The notes under the pieces are model-generated. The model was not told the origin of the DNA and searched no databases. It was given only the letters and a program-made list of their open reading frames with translations. Positions 50,646-63,458 of a stretch of DNA of 64,000 bases are shown piece by piece. The stretch is taken from the NCBI RefSeq assembly GCF_037042905.1, contig NC_087249.1, forward strand, positions 9,674,001 to 9,738,000, given 5' to 3'. The stretch is from Lytechinus pictus (lineage: Eukaryota). The translations under genes were made by a program, and so were the position numbers. How positions within the stretch are numbered: position 1 is the first letter of the stretch; each line of letters starts with the position of its first letter.

Positions 50646-51131
50646 AGGGGGTAGTACACCCTGACGAAAACTTTGTTGTAAAAATAGCAGAAAAAAATAA
50701 TTTGAAAATATTGGAGGTTTGAAGGATATCCATTAAAGATCAAAAAAGTTATTAGAATTTCAAGTTATTGATTTGTGATGTCATTAACGAGCAGCTGCGC
50801 CATATGTTATGTAATATAAATTTCATTTTTTAATGGTTCGTGATGACATTTTTTATTTTCTTTTTTAGGAGCGGGTGTTAAATCATCTGTGTATTGATAT
50901 TCTTACGGTACAATGAAAACCATTTCCAATTTTCAGAGAAAATAACATTTCATTTATTTTTTGCCATACGATATGTAGGAAAGCCTCTCGCATATGATTT
51001 CACATATCAAATAATTAAAATTCTATTAACTTTTTTATTCTTTGATGGATTTTCCTCAAACCTTTGCCAATATATATATATATTTTTGCCACTTTTACAA
51101 TTAACTTTTTTAGTCAGGGTGAACTTCCCCT
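50646..51131. mobile_element. Kolobok-like MITE
   Basis: AGGGGGTAGTACACCCTGAC / GTCAGGGTGAACTTCCCCT|TTAA. Confidence 0.8.
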
Positions 51132-52352
51132 TTAAGTTATTTTTGGAAGAAGGAATCCGAATTTCAAATATGAAAACAGATAAAAAATAGTTTTCTTTTG
51201 TTTAAAATAGAGCAGTATTCCTCTAACCCCTATTCCATGTTCTATTCCATGAATACCTTTATCACAATTTGATTCACTTGTTTTTCTTCTACGATCTATA
51301 ATCTATTTATTATTGATCTCATGGCAACAAATATAATCTTGATTTTTGCATGCAAACCTAATTCATACATGTTTTAATATGAAAACTTCAAATTCTAGAT
51401 TTCATGCCTATATGACTTTCACATATGATTGAAATGTTTAATTGAATCTTATTTCTATCTAGCTATGAATTCAGCATCAAAATTTAGATTAGGGCAATTA
51501 TAACGAGATCTGGAAGTGAATTTATGATTTTTTTAAAGTCAAGAGGCGACAACGTTGAAAAATGCATAATAGTTTTTAGACGTCTGTCTGCAAAAAATGG
51601 TATGTGTGTGTGCTAGTTTAATAGCATGTAGCTCAAATAGAATACACTTAACCTCTTTCAGCGTTACCACAATGAGACGTTTCACTGTTTTCATGCTTCT
51701 ATAAGCCGATAAGCATGATAGGAAAATGTATAAAGTTTGTTCAGTCTATTTAAATGTTTTTTGGGGGAATCCAGTTTACAGCCTGGATGAGAGTGTGAAT
51801 GAGAAGATTTTGAATTGAATTTTTTGTTTGCATGTCGAGATATGATGAGAGTTGAACATTTTTTTATACCGTTTACTGACTTAACAATGCTGGTCAATTA
51901 GAATCACATGAATGAAACAATGTGTATAAAAGGTGCAGCAAAAATATTTGTTGGTTAATATACACACATATATGTGTATAAAATTGATACTGTCTGAACT
52001 ACATCAGTTAGATCGATGCAGGATATTTTATGATACTTACTGGAGTTGCAGTCTTTAATACTATTTTGATCTGCTGTTTTGGGCATTCTTGATTTGTAAT
52101 TTCTTTTGTGGGAATCAATCAATGTGTACATTGTATAGAATGATTATCAGACATATACGTGGTTACATAATACAAGGCAGATTGTATATTCCTGTTAAAG
52201 AAAAGCCTCAAAGATTCATGACTTCCCAAAGTTCACCAGCTTCAAAAGTCATCATAAATGTCGATTTTATAATATATAAAAAAAAACTTTTGTGATGATT
52301 TGGGCTTGTTCTTAGAAGCTAACTGTATTTTATTTGGTTCATTCTTCACTAG

Positions 52353-52358
52353 AATAAA
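52353..52358 (+). terminator. Candidate distal polyadenylation signal of ARIH1
   Basis: AATAAA with upstream TGTA/T-rich and downstream GT-rich sequence; alternatives at ~47092, 50534 and 53929. Confidence 0.3.
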
Positions 52359-52468
52359 GAAAATTTATGTACTTTTGGTCAAGTTTGATGACTTTGTGTT
52401 ATCCCATTAAAAGTCAGTGAAAAATAGAACAGATAATAAGTACGTTAAGCATTCATGATGGCAATCAG

Positions 52469-52615
52469 GGCCCGGTTTCACAAAGACTTGTTATTAATGA
52501 CAAATGCACGATTTCTATAACAGATTTGCCATAATCCAATCAGTTAAAAGGATTTCAGTAGCTTTTAACTGTTATTGCAAATTAATTATTACAACAAGTC
52601 TTATGAAATGGGTCC
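52469..52615. mobile_element. Small Harbinger-like MITE, CAG TSD
   Basis: GGCCCGGTTTCACAAAGACTTGTT / AACAAGTCTTATGAAATGGGTCC. Confidence 0.65.
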
Positions 52616-54717
52616 CAGAATTGTCAAGAACCTCTTTCAAGATAGCTAGATAGATATTTTATTTATTTTCTGCAGTAAAAGCGCTCTGACAAAACTGATC
52701 TTAACAAAGTTATTGTTTATAACCGTTTTCCACTGGGTTGCTTATTTTTTAACCTTAAGGCATTCATGAATATTTTTTAAGAATAGTAAGGCTTACTTTC
52801 ATTGTGGTTGCCCTGGTCCCTGATGAGAACCATCCCCAGGGAGTGGAGTATGTGCACATATTGTGAACAGGAAAGCACAAATAGACCAGTTCATAGTTAC
52901 TTCATGGGCAAGTTTGGTCAAATGACTTTCATTTTTTTTCATTATGATAGGCAGATTTCAAAGCAAGATATTATGTAAGCATGCCTTACATAGCAGAATG
53001 AAGAAATTAAATGGACTAGGTGACTAGAATAGCACACCAATGAACACTCTATGAAGGTATTTGTTGCATTTCTACTTTGAATGCATTAGCATGTTGTTAT
53101 AACAATGTACTTGGCCAACTGTGAAATACCAATCGCTAGTGGACGTATTGTTGTTTTTTTGTGGGTCTAATAAAAAAAAAACACAATTCAAAAGAATATA
53201 TGATTAATCAACACATTATAGTTGGTGCTTATCTCATTAAATATTAAACCATCATGTCATTTTAGTACCAATGACCTTCCTCTGATTATGCGCAGAATGG
53301 AACTACGTACTGGCTTATTTGATAACCGGGGAGGGGGGGGGGTTAAAAAAAAGTTAAGTTGACATGGAGGCACACTTAAATTCTTGTTCTTAATGTATGA
53401 GATTCTGCCTTTGTTTTCATGCACATGTCGACAGTTAAGTTACACTTAAATGAAAATCTTAATGATTCCCCCCAACCCCCGGCAAATACATGTATATGCA
53501 AAGTACCTGGCAATGTTGATTTAAAACATGTATTAATTATGGTAATTGTTAACAAATTTGTTATAAGTTAATCACATACATTGTATTATAAATTATTTTT
53601 ACCTAATATGTACTAGTATAACATTTGCTGTAATCCGACTCAAGATTTTTTTTTTAAGTTTGTGAACTCCTTGAAACGCCAGTGGCATTGAGTTATAAAA
53701 GTAACTATTCGGTTCATATTTCATATTCATCCTTTAATGGGAGTCAAGGTACTATAAATTAAGAATAAGTGCATTTCACGATGGTATGCTAAATTGGTTT
53801 AATCTCTTATCTTGGTTGTCATAGCAATCTTAAATGGAATAAACTGTAGGCTAAACTGCTCACATTTGAATTTTTTAATGAGCACAATTTTTTTCAAAGT
53901 CCGTGAGTGTTCTTTTTAATCTTTTATAAATAAAGTGGATTTGAAATATCCTGACTTGTGTCTCTTTTTGATGTGATGAATCACATATGAAGCTTAATTT
54001 GTTGACTGCCTATTTCTAAGAGTCCTATAGGCTTTATACAGGATCCCCCAATGACAGTAGCAAATGAGTCGAGCTGACTATTTGCGCTGGCGTCACAACA
54101 CTGAGCCTTCCTAATATGCATATTCTAATTGAATAAAGACAATGTACTCACACAAAAAATAGGTTCTTGTTCATTACGAGTCATGAAAAATCTAAGAATG
54201 TCATGAACGCGGAAAATTTGACCGTGTAGTAGTTGTATTGCAGTTAAAACAGGTAAATTTAAGATTACTTAATGAGTGAGTGCAGTTAATCTGTTCAGAA
54301 TTCGCCCATGGATACAAGACCTATGCCTGTGATGTGGGATTTCAGGGTCTCAATATTATAAGGACTGCAACTTCATATGAAAATAAACTTTGTAATTGAT
54401 AAACTCAAAATTAATTGAGTGTGTGTGGTATTTACCAGGTAAATGAGTCATTGACTGTTTTTGTTTGTGTTTTTTCCTTGCATATTACGCCTCATTGTGA
54501 AATCCATGCATTGTATTAAATATATTGAAATTTAGACATTTCAATGAAAATATACACCGATGAAAGCAATATTGTTTCTGTGTGTTCATTGTAAATAAAG
54601 TCTAGCGTCAAAAGAAGATTTTCTGAGAAAAGTGCATAATGTTTGATGATTTTTTCAAAATCAAATTGATTTAGATGTGTTATTTTGCTTTTAATGCAAT
54701 GTGAAGTACAATTGAAT

Positions 54718-55028
54718 CCGGGGGGGGGGGGGGGCACATCCGCCCGTGTCCCCCCCTTTGAGAGCCATAATCAAAATTGTTAATGTAAATATGCCGCTCT
54801 TACTGAGGAGTGCCCCTCTTTTGAAAGTCACAGCATATTTTCAATGGGAATATGTCGTTCATACACAAGAGAGGACCTTTTTCACTTTTTTTGCTTGACA
54901 AATTTTACGTGGACAAACTAACCTTCAATTTTTGGTGAAAACCCTTTTATTTCTTTTTTTGCTTGTCAAATTTTCCTTAGGGAAAATGTGCCCCCCCCCC
55001 CTTTTAGAAAATCCTGGATCCGCCCCTG
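54718..55028. mobile_element. G/C-tract MITE (GGATCCGCCCCTG end)
   Basis: Same terminal motif as 58845..59193. Confidence 0.6.
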
Positions 55029-56639
55029 GAGGTATATACATGAGAACATTATTATGTGATGAATTATCAAATATTATATATTAGTTTAAAATAGGATGGT
55101 ATTGATAATGATAATGGTATTAATACATGATTTTCATAGCGAATAAGACAAAAAAAGTTCAAACTTCAACAATAAATACATCCCAAATAACATGGTGAGC
55201 CTGTCTGAAAGCACTGCTATACAGGTATGTACCATATACTTGTGCTACTATATAGCATAAATGGGGTTACTTTCATTGCATTTTGTATGAGTAAGACTAA
55301 GAGAGATTTAACAGAAAGTGTTAAGAGAGAGAGAAAAGGGATGGCGAAACAAATAGAGAGTGAGACGTTTAGGTGTCCAAACATGTAAATATATGGAGAG
55401 TAAAGTGAGTGAAAATTTTGGATACCTTTGAATTAGTTTGGATTGAAGTAGATAAATGAGAGGAATATCTCTAAAACCACTCAAAAGAGATTAAGAGAGT
55501 TGTCCTAGATACTGGGGCTTTGGAGGGATCGAGTTGCGCTTCTTGGCAGTTGTCAAATTGGAATTGCACTGTTGTGCTGATACAGGGTGGCTCACGTAAA
55601 GCTTTGAGTAAATTTTAAGTAGAAGCCATCCTTTGTATCCAAATGACTTGATTGAAATTAGCATAAGTATAAAAAACAACAGCATTTTTTAAAGTTTGAA
55701 GGAAATCAACTGGACCAGGAATATATATATTTTCATTAAAATAGATTGCTATAGGACTATATAAATTAAAATTGGTGGGATATTATGAAACCCCCATACG
55801 GTTCAGAGATCATGACCGTTTTCACAACTTTTTGAACTTTCATGAATTTTTTTTCACCTATCTCTTAGTCATTTTAGTCCCCTATGTTAAATATAAAGTA
55901 GAAAAGAAAAAGAAAATTAATAAAAGTAAAGGAAAATAGATAGAGTGTAAGATGAGAAAGTTATTTTTAAAGTAAATAATATGGTAATTAATTCATAAAG
56001 TTAAATGTAAAGTTTAATATAAGGAAATATAAAAAATCAAACTTGATGAAATTAGGTCTATAAGAAATGATAAAAGTTAATATAAATTACAAAAAATAAT
56101 TTTGTTTTTAACGTTTTGTGGTTTTTGACAGACTCCATTATAAAAATTATATTGTTTAAAAATGTTTTAAGGTTAAAATCTCTTCTCTGTTGTCAGTAGT
56201 CCTAAACAGACACCCCCCCCCCCCCCCCCCCCCCAGCTCAGCAGTGCAACTCGATAAACTCGATATCGAACCTAAATTAACCGGAACCGCGATAAGCGGT
56301 CAAAGGTCAGCGCCATCCGAGTTCAACCGGCTCACACGTCGTGAAAAATTCCACCGACTTTGTCTTGAGATTTCCGTATTATTTAGAGGAAATATGTTTC
56401 GCCAAGTAGTCACAAGAGTAGCTGGAGCTGTGAGGTCGACAGTGATCCCAAGAAATTTACAGCAACCACTGGGTAAGGGTACTAAAATTAATCTTTTATG
56501 ATCCCTGACATTAAAGTTAGTGCCGGTATTTGCGTTGTCTAACTACACACGTCTACGTTGCCATGATTGTGTGTAGTCCCACTCATGCCATTGCGTGATT
56601 GCAATTGCAAATGCAAGAACCAGCAAGTGAAATAAAAAG

Positions 56640-57072
56640 CTTTCATCATCATCATCATCATCGTTGTACGGAAGAAGTAGGTAGTCCTGTAGTGCTTCCG
56701 ATCATTCCTTCGAAGATTCTTAAACTGGTCTTTAAAACAACTAAAACGTGTGTGGAGGGCGGATATTTATGGGAGAATTTGGTGCATGGAGGACCAGTGT
56801 TTGTCCAGTCTAGTTTTGAAAATGTTTAAAGTGGATGCCGAGATTACAGAAGAAGGAAGACTGTTCCAGGAGTCAATCACTCTCTGACTAAAGCTGTTTT
56901 TCCTTAGCGATGAGTTGCTTCTATATTTGTACAGCTTCATGTGATGACCTCGAGTGATACTTTGGCCTATGGGTGTGAAGAAGAGATCTGGATCAAAGTC
57001 TACCAGTCCATTCATAATTCTATAAACTTCAATCATATCACCTCTGATTCTTCTGTAATGTAGAGAGAACAA
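56640..57072 (-). mobile_element. CR1-clade LINE 3' fragment
   Basis: LHYRRIRGDMIEVYRIM..TRGHHMKL..FSQRVIDSWNSLP..FKTRLD; (GAT)n tail on the minus strand. Confidence 0.88.
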
Positions 57073-57435
57073 ATTTGGACAAATTTTTTTAAAAGAAAGT
57101 GTGATTTATATTTGCTCTTTAATTTTGAAGAAGTAGTGCTTTGTCAGATAATCTTGTACTTGTAGACAGCAAAATCTGCTGGCGCGTGGCACTCAATATG
57201 ATTACGAATTACGAATACGAATACGAGGTTAAGTATATCACTCACACAAGCATGCGATTGCGAGGTTAGTTGTATGATGGGGTGTCCAAACTTCGCGCAC
57301 TTTTCAAAAATATTCATCAGGCTTAATTTTGTTTACAAAATATTCATAATTTATACAAAACCAATTCTAGAAATAGTTACCACATTGACGGCAAGATCGT
57401 AAACTATAAAATCACGAACGAAAATGTAAAGTAGG

Positions 57436-58067
57436 TATGGTTAGAAGTACCCCTTATCGACCACCTAATCTTCTAAGCATCGTATCTGCGAAAATATTCA
57501 TCAATTTTACCCAGTTTTCGTCTCATTTGTGCAGAAAATTGAGCAGATCAGATTCCCATGTTTCGCTCGGCGACTCCGATTCAATCCGCGTATATATCGA
57601 CGAAAAACGAATACGACGATTTTACATTTGCTCATTTGCACCCGTCTTTTGAAACCGACCACCCGCGATACACTAAGTTTACGGCCGATTCTTGTCGCGG
57701 TGGCGAAATATTTTTACTCTTCCAAATCAGTTCTATGATGTAAACATGCTAAATGTTATTCTTTTCTTTCACTGCGAGCTCCGGCACATGATTCGACGAT
57801 TGACGACGGATATTTGTTCTAAAGCCGTTTCCTATCGGATTTCTTGGTGTTTCAGCGGGGTTTGGGTCTGGTCAATACAATTTTGATTAATTCTACTAAA
57901 TTTTTACTTTTTGTTGCTTCTTTTTTTCTCGTAAAATCGATTCATACCGTTTCTATGGACACTGCGCCTACTCTCCCGCGCGTATCGTTTGTAATACGCA
58001 ATTATTTTAACGCGCGCAAGGTGGTCGGTTTCAAAAGAGGTGGTCGATATGTGGTAGTCTCACCATA
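57436..58067. mobile_element. TA-flanked MITE
   Basis: TIR TATGGTTAGAAGTACCCCTTATCGACCACC / GGTGGTCGATATGTGGTAGTCTCACCATA. Confidence 0.75.
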
Positions 58068-58093
58068 TAGTCACGTATTGTATTACCGGACAC

Positions 58094-58744
58094 TATTGTG
58101 ATTCCGGACGCGCATATAAATGCGTTTGAAAACAATTTCGTACCGTAAGACTTCTGCAATTCATTTTCACAGATCAATACATAGAACAAGATTGCAAAAA
58201 CAAGGCGAAAAAAATCAAATTTATACCTTATTTATCTCTAAAATGACCGAAAATGTTAAAAATATCATATAACATAGTTTTGCATTAACAATTGAATGAA
58301 TTGATATATTTTCTAACGGAAATATGGGCCTGATTTGCCGAATTTCAATCTCGTCGGCTCCTTCGATCGAATGATGAGGTGAGGTGTATTGTGGGTGATC
58401 GTCGACGGCTAGTTCTCAAGGTACCGTGCGCGAGGTTTACCGTGAGTAGAGCCGTCGACGATCGGCTGCGCATCGATAGAACTTGATGAGCGTCACGATA
58501 TACGAACGAGCACTGGAAAGTGCCATGAAACATGCAGCTAACCAAAAAATAAAAAATAAATTAAGTTTTCAAACACGAATTTATTACCAACATCTGCTCA
58601 GATTCGATATAAAAAAAGCAAACAAAAAGTTAGAATTTATTCATGATATGATATAAGAAGAAAAAAATCACAGAAATTTATTCTTACATCATTATAATCA
58701 AGGATATCTTTACCCGTCCGGCGCGCGTCCGGAATCATGATGTA
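58094..58744. mobile_element. MITE
   Basis: 15-bp perfect IR TGATTCCGGACGCGC (58099) / GCGCGTCCGGAATCA (58723). Confidence 0.75.
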
Positions 58745-58844
58745 ATTTGTCGCGCACGAAAATAATTGTTTTTCGTGGAGGGGTATGCGGCAAGTGCGAT
58801 GCAAAGAAAATGGTTGGTAAATATAAAATAATTTTATCATATCA

Positions 58845-58978
58845 GAAGCGGATCTAGAGGGGGGGTTGGGGGGGTTGCAACCCCCCCCAAAAAAAAAAAT
58901 CCGGGGACCATTTTTTAAAATCTTATCTTTTTTTTAAACTCGTAATTTTATTTTATTCTATTTCTATGTATTTATTTC

Positions 58979-59013
<35 letters not shown>

Positions 59014-59193
59014 GATGCAAGAAAACGCCATTTTCACACACAGATTTTCAAAAATTTTCCCTACTGTGGGAGGGGGGACACCCCCCTCCCACACCCTCCC
59101 CCCTCGCTCGCTCCGCTCGCTTGGACTCGGTCGCTACGCTCCCTCGCATACCACCCCAACCCCCCCCTTTATAAAAAGCTGGATCCGCCCCTG
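58845..59193. mobile_element. G/C-tract MITE
   Basis: GCGGATCTAG ... CTGGATCCGCCCCTG; CGCTCGCT sub-repeats. Confidence 0.7.
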
Positions 59194-59299
59194 CATATTG
59201 ATAATTTTCATAATATTTGGAATAGCAAGTGCGAATTTTTCTTGATTGTATTTCCTCTAGTTGTCATTTTTAAAGCACTGAAATAAAGGTGTCCGGCAA

Positions 59300-60852
59300 T
59301 AGGATACACTGCCATACAGAATGGAAGTCTGCCTTGGTGACCCCCATTCACAAGTCGGGTGATAAATGCGACCCAGGAAATTACAGGCCGATTTCCCTGA
59401 CTTGCATCTGCAGTAAGTTAATGGAACAATTTTTTTTTACTTAGTCACATCTCAAAGCATGTAGCTGCAAACAACATCCTAGTAGATGAACAACATGGGT
59501 TTAGGCAGAAGTTGTCTACAACTACCCAACTCATCTCAGCCACTCATGACTGGGCACACACCCTACAACGCAGAGGCCAGACGGATATCATATTTCTTGA
59601 TTTCAAGAAAGCCTTTGATCGAGTACCTCACTGCCATCTGCAAATAAAGCTAGCATACTATGGCATCAAAGGAGACACTCAAAACTGGATCATGTCACTA
59701 CTCACCAACCGACAACAAGCAGTTGTTGTTCAGGGATCACGGTCATCTTGGATGCCAGTGACATCTGGGGTGCCTCAAGGATCAGTGATCGGCCCTGCCC
59801 TTTTCTTGCTTTACATCAACGACATCACTGCAAATATCCAGTCCAAGATGCGCCTCTTTGCAGACGACAGTGTGATATACCGATATATCAACACAGCACA
59901 TGATGTCTCCATCCTGCAGCAAGATCTTCAAACCCTATCAGATTGGTCAGCAAAGTGGCTTATGGCTTTTAATGTCAAGAAGTGTGCTTCCCTTACCATT
60001 ACTAGGAAGCGAGCTCCCATACAACACAGCTACAGGCTTTCCAATGAGGTAATAGCAAAGGTCGACCAATACAAATACCTCGGAGTCACCATCTCCAAAG
60101 ACCTCCGATGGAATACGCACTGTCAACTTATTGCGAACAAGGCCAGCAAAACCCTTGGGTTGCTGAGAAGAACTCTCTCACCTTGTTCTGAAAAGGCCAA
60201 ATCAAATGCGTATATGGCCTTGGTTCGACCGCAGCTTGAGTATGGTGCTGAAGCCTGGAATCCCCACACCTCTACTACGGCTGCAAGCCTGGAAAGGGTA
60301 CAGAAAACAGCTGCTCGCTTTGTCACCCGCGACTATAGAAAATCTACATCAGCCTCAGGACTTGTCTCAAATTTGGGATGGGACCAGCTGCACACACGTC
60401 GTATCCTTGCACAAAGCACCATGCTCTATCAAATATACCACCAGCTTGTGAATATCCAGCTTCCACACTTCATAACCCAGGCTCCATACATCAGTAGAAG
60501 AGATCATATATGCTAAAACTCTCTGTACCACAAGCAACGATTGATGCATACAAATTTTCATATTATCCCCGTACCATTCGTATCTGGAACATCTACCAGC
60601 TAAAGCAGTTACTGCCCCATCAGTTGCTGTCTTCCGGGGGGCTGCCCTTCCTGTCATCAGAGGGTTAAAGCCTCCTGTAGGTTCCAGGATGCTGTAAGCA
60701 CTAGGAGCATGATTTTTACTTGCACTTCACCAATTTTATTGTAAATAGAATTCCAACAAAATTGTCTGCACCATCACCTTCTGTCACAGCACATCCCATC
60801 CCAGTTTAGCTTGGAAGAGCTGCTTAAGGGATTATTCCTTCAAGGTTCAAGG
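59300..60852 (+). mobile_element. 5'-truncated LINE: RT domain, 3' UTR and (TTCAAGG)2 tail
   Basis: WKSALVTPIHK..NYRPISL, then ORF 59512..60516 with LDFKKAFDRV, GVPQGSVIGP, LFADD, YKYLGV, LVRPQLEY. Confidence 0.93.
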
Positions 60853-61329
60853 GGTTTCGCCGGTATCGCGATCTCAAAATTCTATTTCGATCGGCGAATG
60901 CGGGCTGTGCTGGAAAACCGTTCAGAAAAAGTGTGACCTAACTTCGCGCACCAAAGCTTTTGTGGAGATTTAAACAAAAACTCAAGCTCAAAAAGTGAAA
61001 TATTTATATCAGATTGATGGCAAGATGCTATGGAATCGGTTAGTACCACATTTAACTCACATTTTTGATGATTTCTGCTTGCAAAATGGTGATATCGTGA
61101 TGCTTGTTGATTTCTTCAAAACGGGCGCTAGCGGTGGCAAATTTGCCGATCTTTTGCCAATATTTTCATGAATACTGAACTCATCCTAAAGAAATTTTCA
61201 CTAAAGGGTAATTTTAGGTCGCTTTTCACGTTGATGATGTCAGATTTTAAGGATATTGGCTAGTTTTTTAGATAATGACCGTCCGCGAAGTATGGACACG
61301 CGCGAAGTTTGGACTCACTGCCATACTTG

Positions 61330-61837
61330 TACTAACCTCGCACAACGCATGTCATTTCATAATGAATTTTGACGTTTTCATTCATCACACGAATGTGAGA
61401 GAATGACACACGCCAAAATCTTCACAATATACTAAATTTATTCATCTAAATCTGTTCATTGAATTAATTTTCAAACTATGCTCCAAAATATTCATAAAAA
61501 GGGATTTTAAACGCTTACCTTCAAATCTCAGCCAAGATACTCCGTATCCTTAATACTGCGGTGGAAATTACGCAAACAACAATCGAAATGCGAATTTTTC
61601 TTATCGAACAGTCTAGATTCAACTCAAGTCGCCGGCGCATAATAATAGGAAATTGTACCAACAAAATCAACAGGCATCTCACGTATAATCGCTGATGGCG
61701 CTACATCATAAAATAACGCTGAACAGCAAAAAAAATTAATTTCAAATTTTTACATAAGAATAAAAAACTTATTGCAAGTGCCGTGCCAGCGGTTATCCTG
61801 TGCACGGCGGCGGTAATGTACCCATAGGTGGGTTAGT
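61330..61837. mobile_element. TA-flanked element with CTAACC / GGTTAG termini
   Basis: TACTAACC / GGTTAGTA; related inverted fragment at 57171..57270 and another start at ~61846. Confidence 0.5.
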
Positions 61838-63458
61838 ATATGCTATACGAACCTCGCACAACCAACGTGTTTTTGTAGTGGATTTTAGAGTTGTCGTTAA
61901 CATCGCTTCATAACGTGAATGATGTTAGCCGAAACCCATTCCGCTACTCACCAGGGCTTTTTCTGGGAGAAAGCGTTCCATTATCAATTTTTAACATATT
62001 TTTTTAATTTAAAAAGGACACAAAAAAGAGCAAAATCGCTTACCTCCGCCTGGAAAGTGGCTTCGCACGTCTCTTCCATGGAAATAAAAGGAAGGTCGTT
62101 GGTGGCGCTAATACAGTTCGCAACCTTAATTCAGCTTGGTGGTATTTTTTAAACTAGATTCATGATTCATTGTATGCGCAATTCCAATAATTGTTTGATA
62201 AAATAGAGGCCCCAATAAATGCAATAACTTAAAAAACGTACTTTTTTATTATTTTTGCTGACGATAATACTTTTTGGAAAATATTCAAAACGATGACAAA
62301 TTAAACAAAAAATATAGAAAATTCTATGTACCTCGAACAAAGCCCCGCAAGTGCTACCGTTCGTTTTTCAATTAACGTTCCACCAAAGTCTTTACAGTAA
62401 AAAGATTGAACACTTTGCCGACTTCGCGTAACGCTTTGCATCGATTTACGTGTAAGATAATTTCTGTGTCTAGTCTTTCAATTGTAGTGTCTTTGATATG
62501 AAGACAAATCGCGCGCCCTCTTTCGCTCATTAGACGAAAAATTTGAGAGCTAGAAAGGTAGCTCTCGTATTTTGTCAACGAGAAGAAAAATCAACGCTTA
62601 AATGACGCATTTTGAGAGATATTCATCAAATTATGAGGAATTGACTTCACATCGTTTCGTAAGTTTCTTCGTAGGAGGACTTCATTCTGTAAGTCCTCGT
62701 ATTAGTTTTTTGTAAATTAACGTTATTTGTTGAATGCGCCGTGCCTTCAATTATTCTGTAGTCGGCGGCTGAGATGTAGCCGTGGGTGATTATATATATA
62801 CCTCGGGCAATGTTCGTGCAGGCTCCACTCCACTTCACTACCGCTACACTCCGCTCCACCTACCCGAACATCGGGACCGTGAACCATTTCGGATATACCG
62901 AGTCACAAAGGTGGGATGGAAATCATGTTTATCGTAAAAATTAAAGAAAAAAAATATAACGAGGGATACGAATGACTTGATATCTTACTCTACACCCGTA
63001 TTTCACTCCGTGTCCATCCTCCGGTTATCCTCAAAATTGGTGATTTTGGGCCAGTATCTTTTTCCTCACACGTATTATTTACGGCCGATTTCAAAACATC
63101 GCATGCGATCGATTGCAAAGTCGCAAAGGAAATTAAAATGAAATTAATTCTCATAGATCACAAGTTAATTAACGATCGGCGGGACATCTTTAAGTTATTT
63201 TAGGTGCTAGCGATTAATAGAATTATTGGAAGGATCTCTTGATCTCATACGACGCATCATCTTAAAGTCGCAAGTGCAATTAAAACGAAGTAGTAGTCGC
63301 AAGCACTCGCGATGATTCGGAACATGTTATTAAAATGTTTTGAGGAGCTAGCGTTCTCAAATTAATTTATTACTATCTCGAGAAATGAACTTTTGATATC
63401 CAAGAAGAAATATAAAAGAAGCATCATCCAACGAAGTTGCAAAGACAAATAAATTGAA

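Larger units (their letters stand above)
57271..61326. mobile_element. Family X element split by nested insertions
   Basis: 57271..57436 aligns to 1901..2066 and 60847..61318 aligns to 2066..2546. Confidence 0.85.

Noticed and set aside
59512..60516. Intact or domesticated reverse transcriptase gene
   Set aside because: 5'-truncated, frameshifted near 59430, premature stop at 60516, retains LINE 3' UTR and tail
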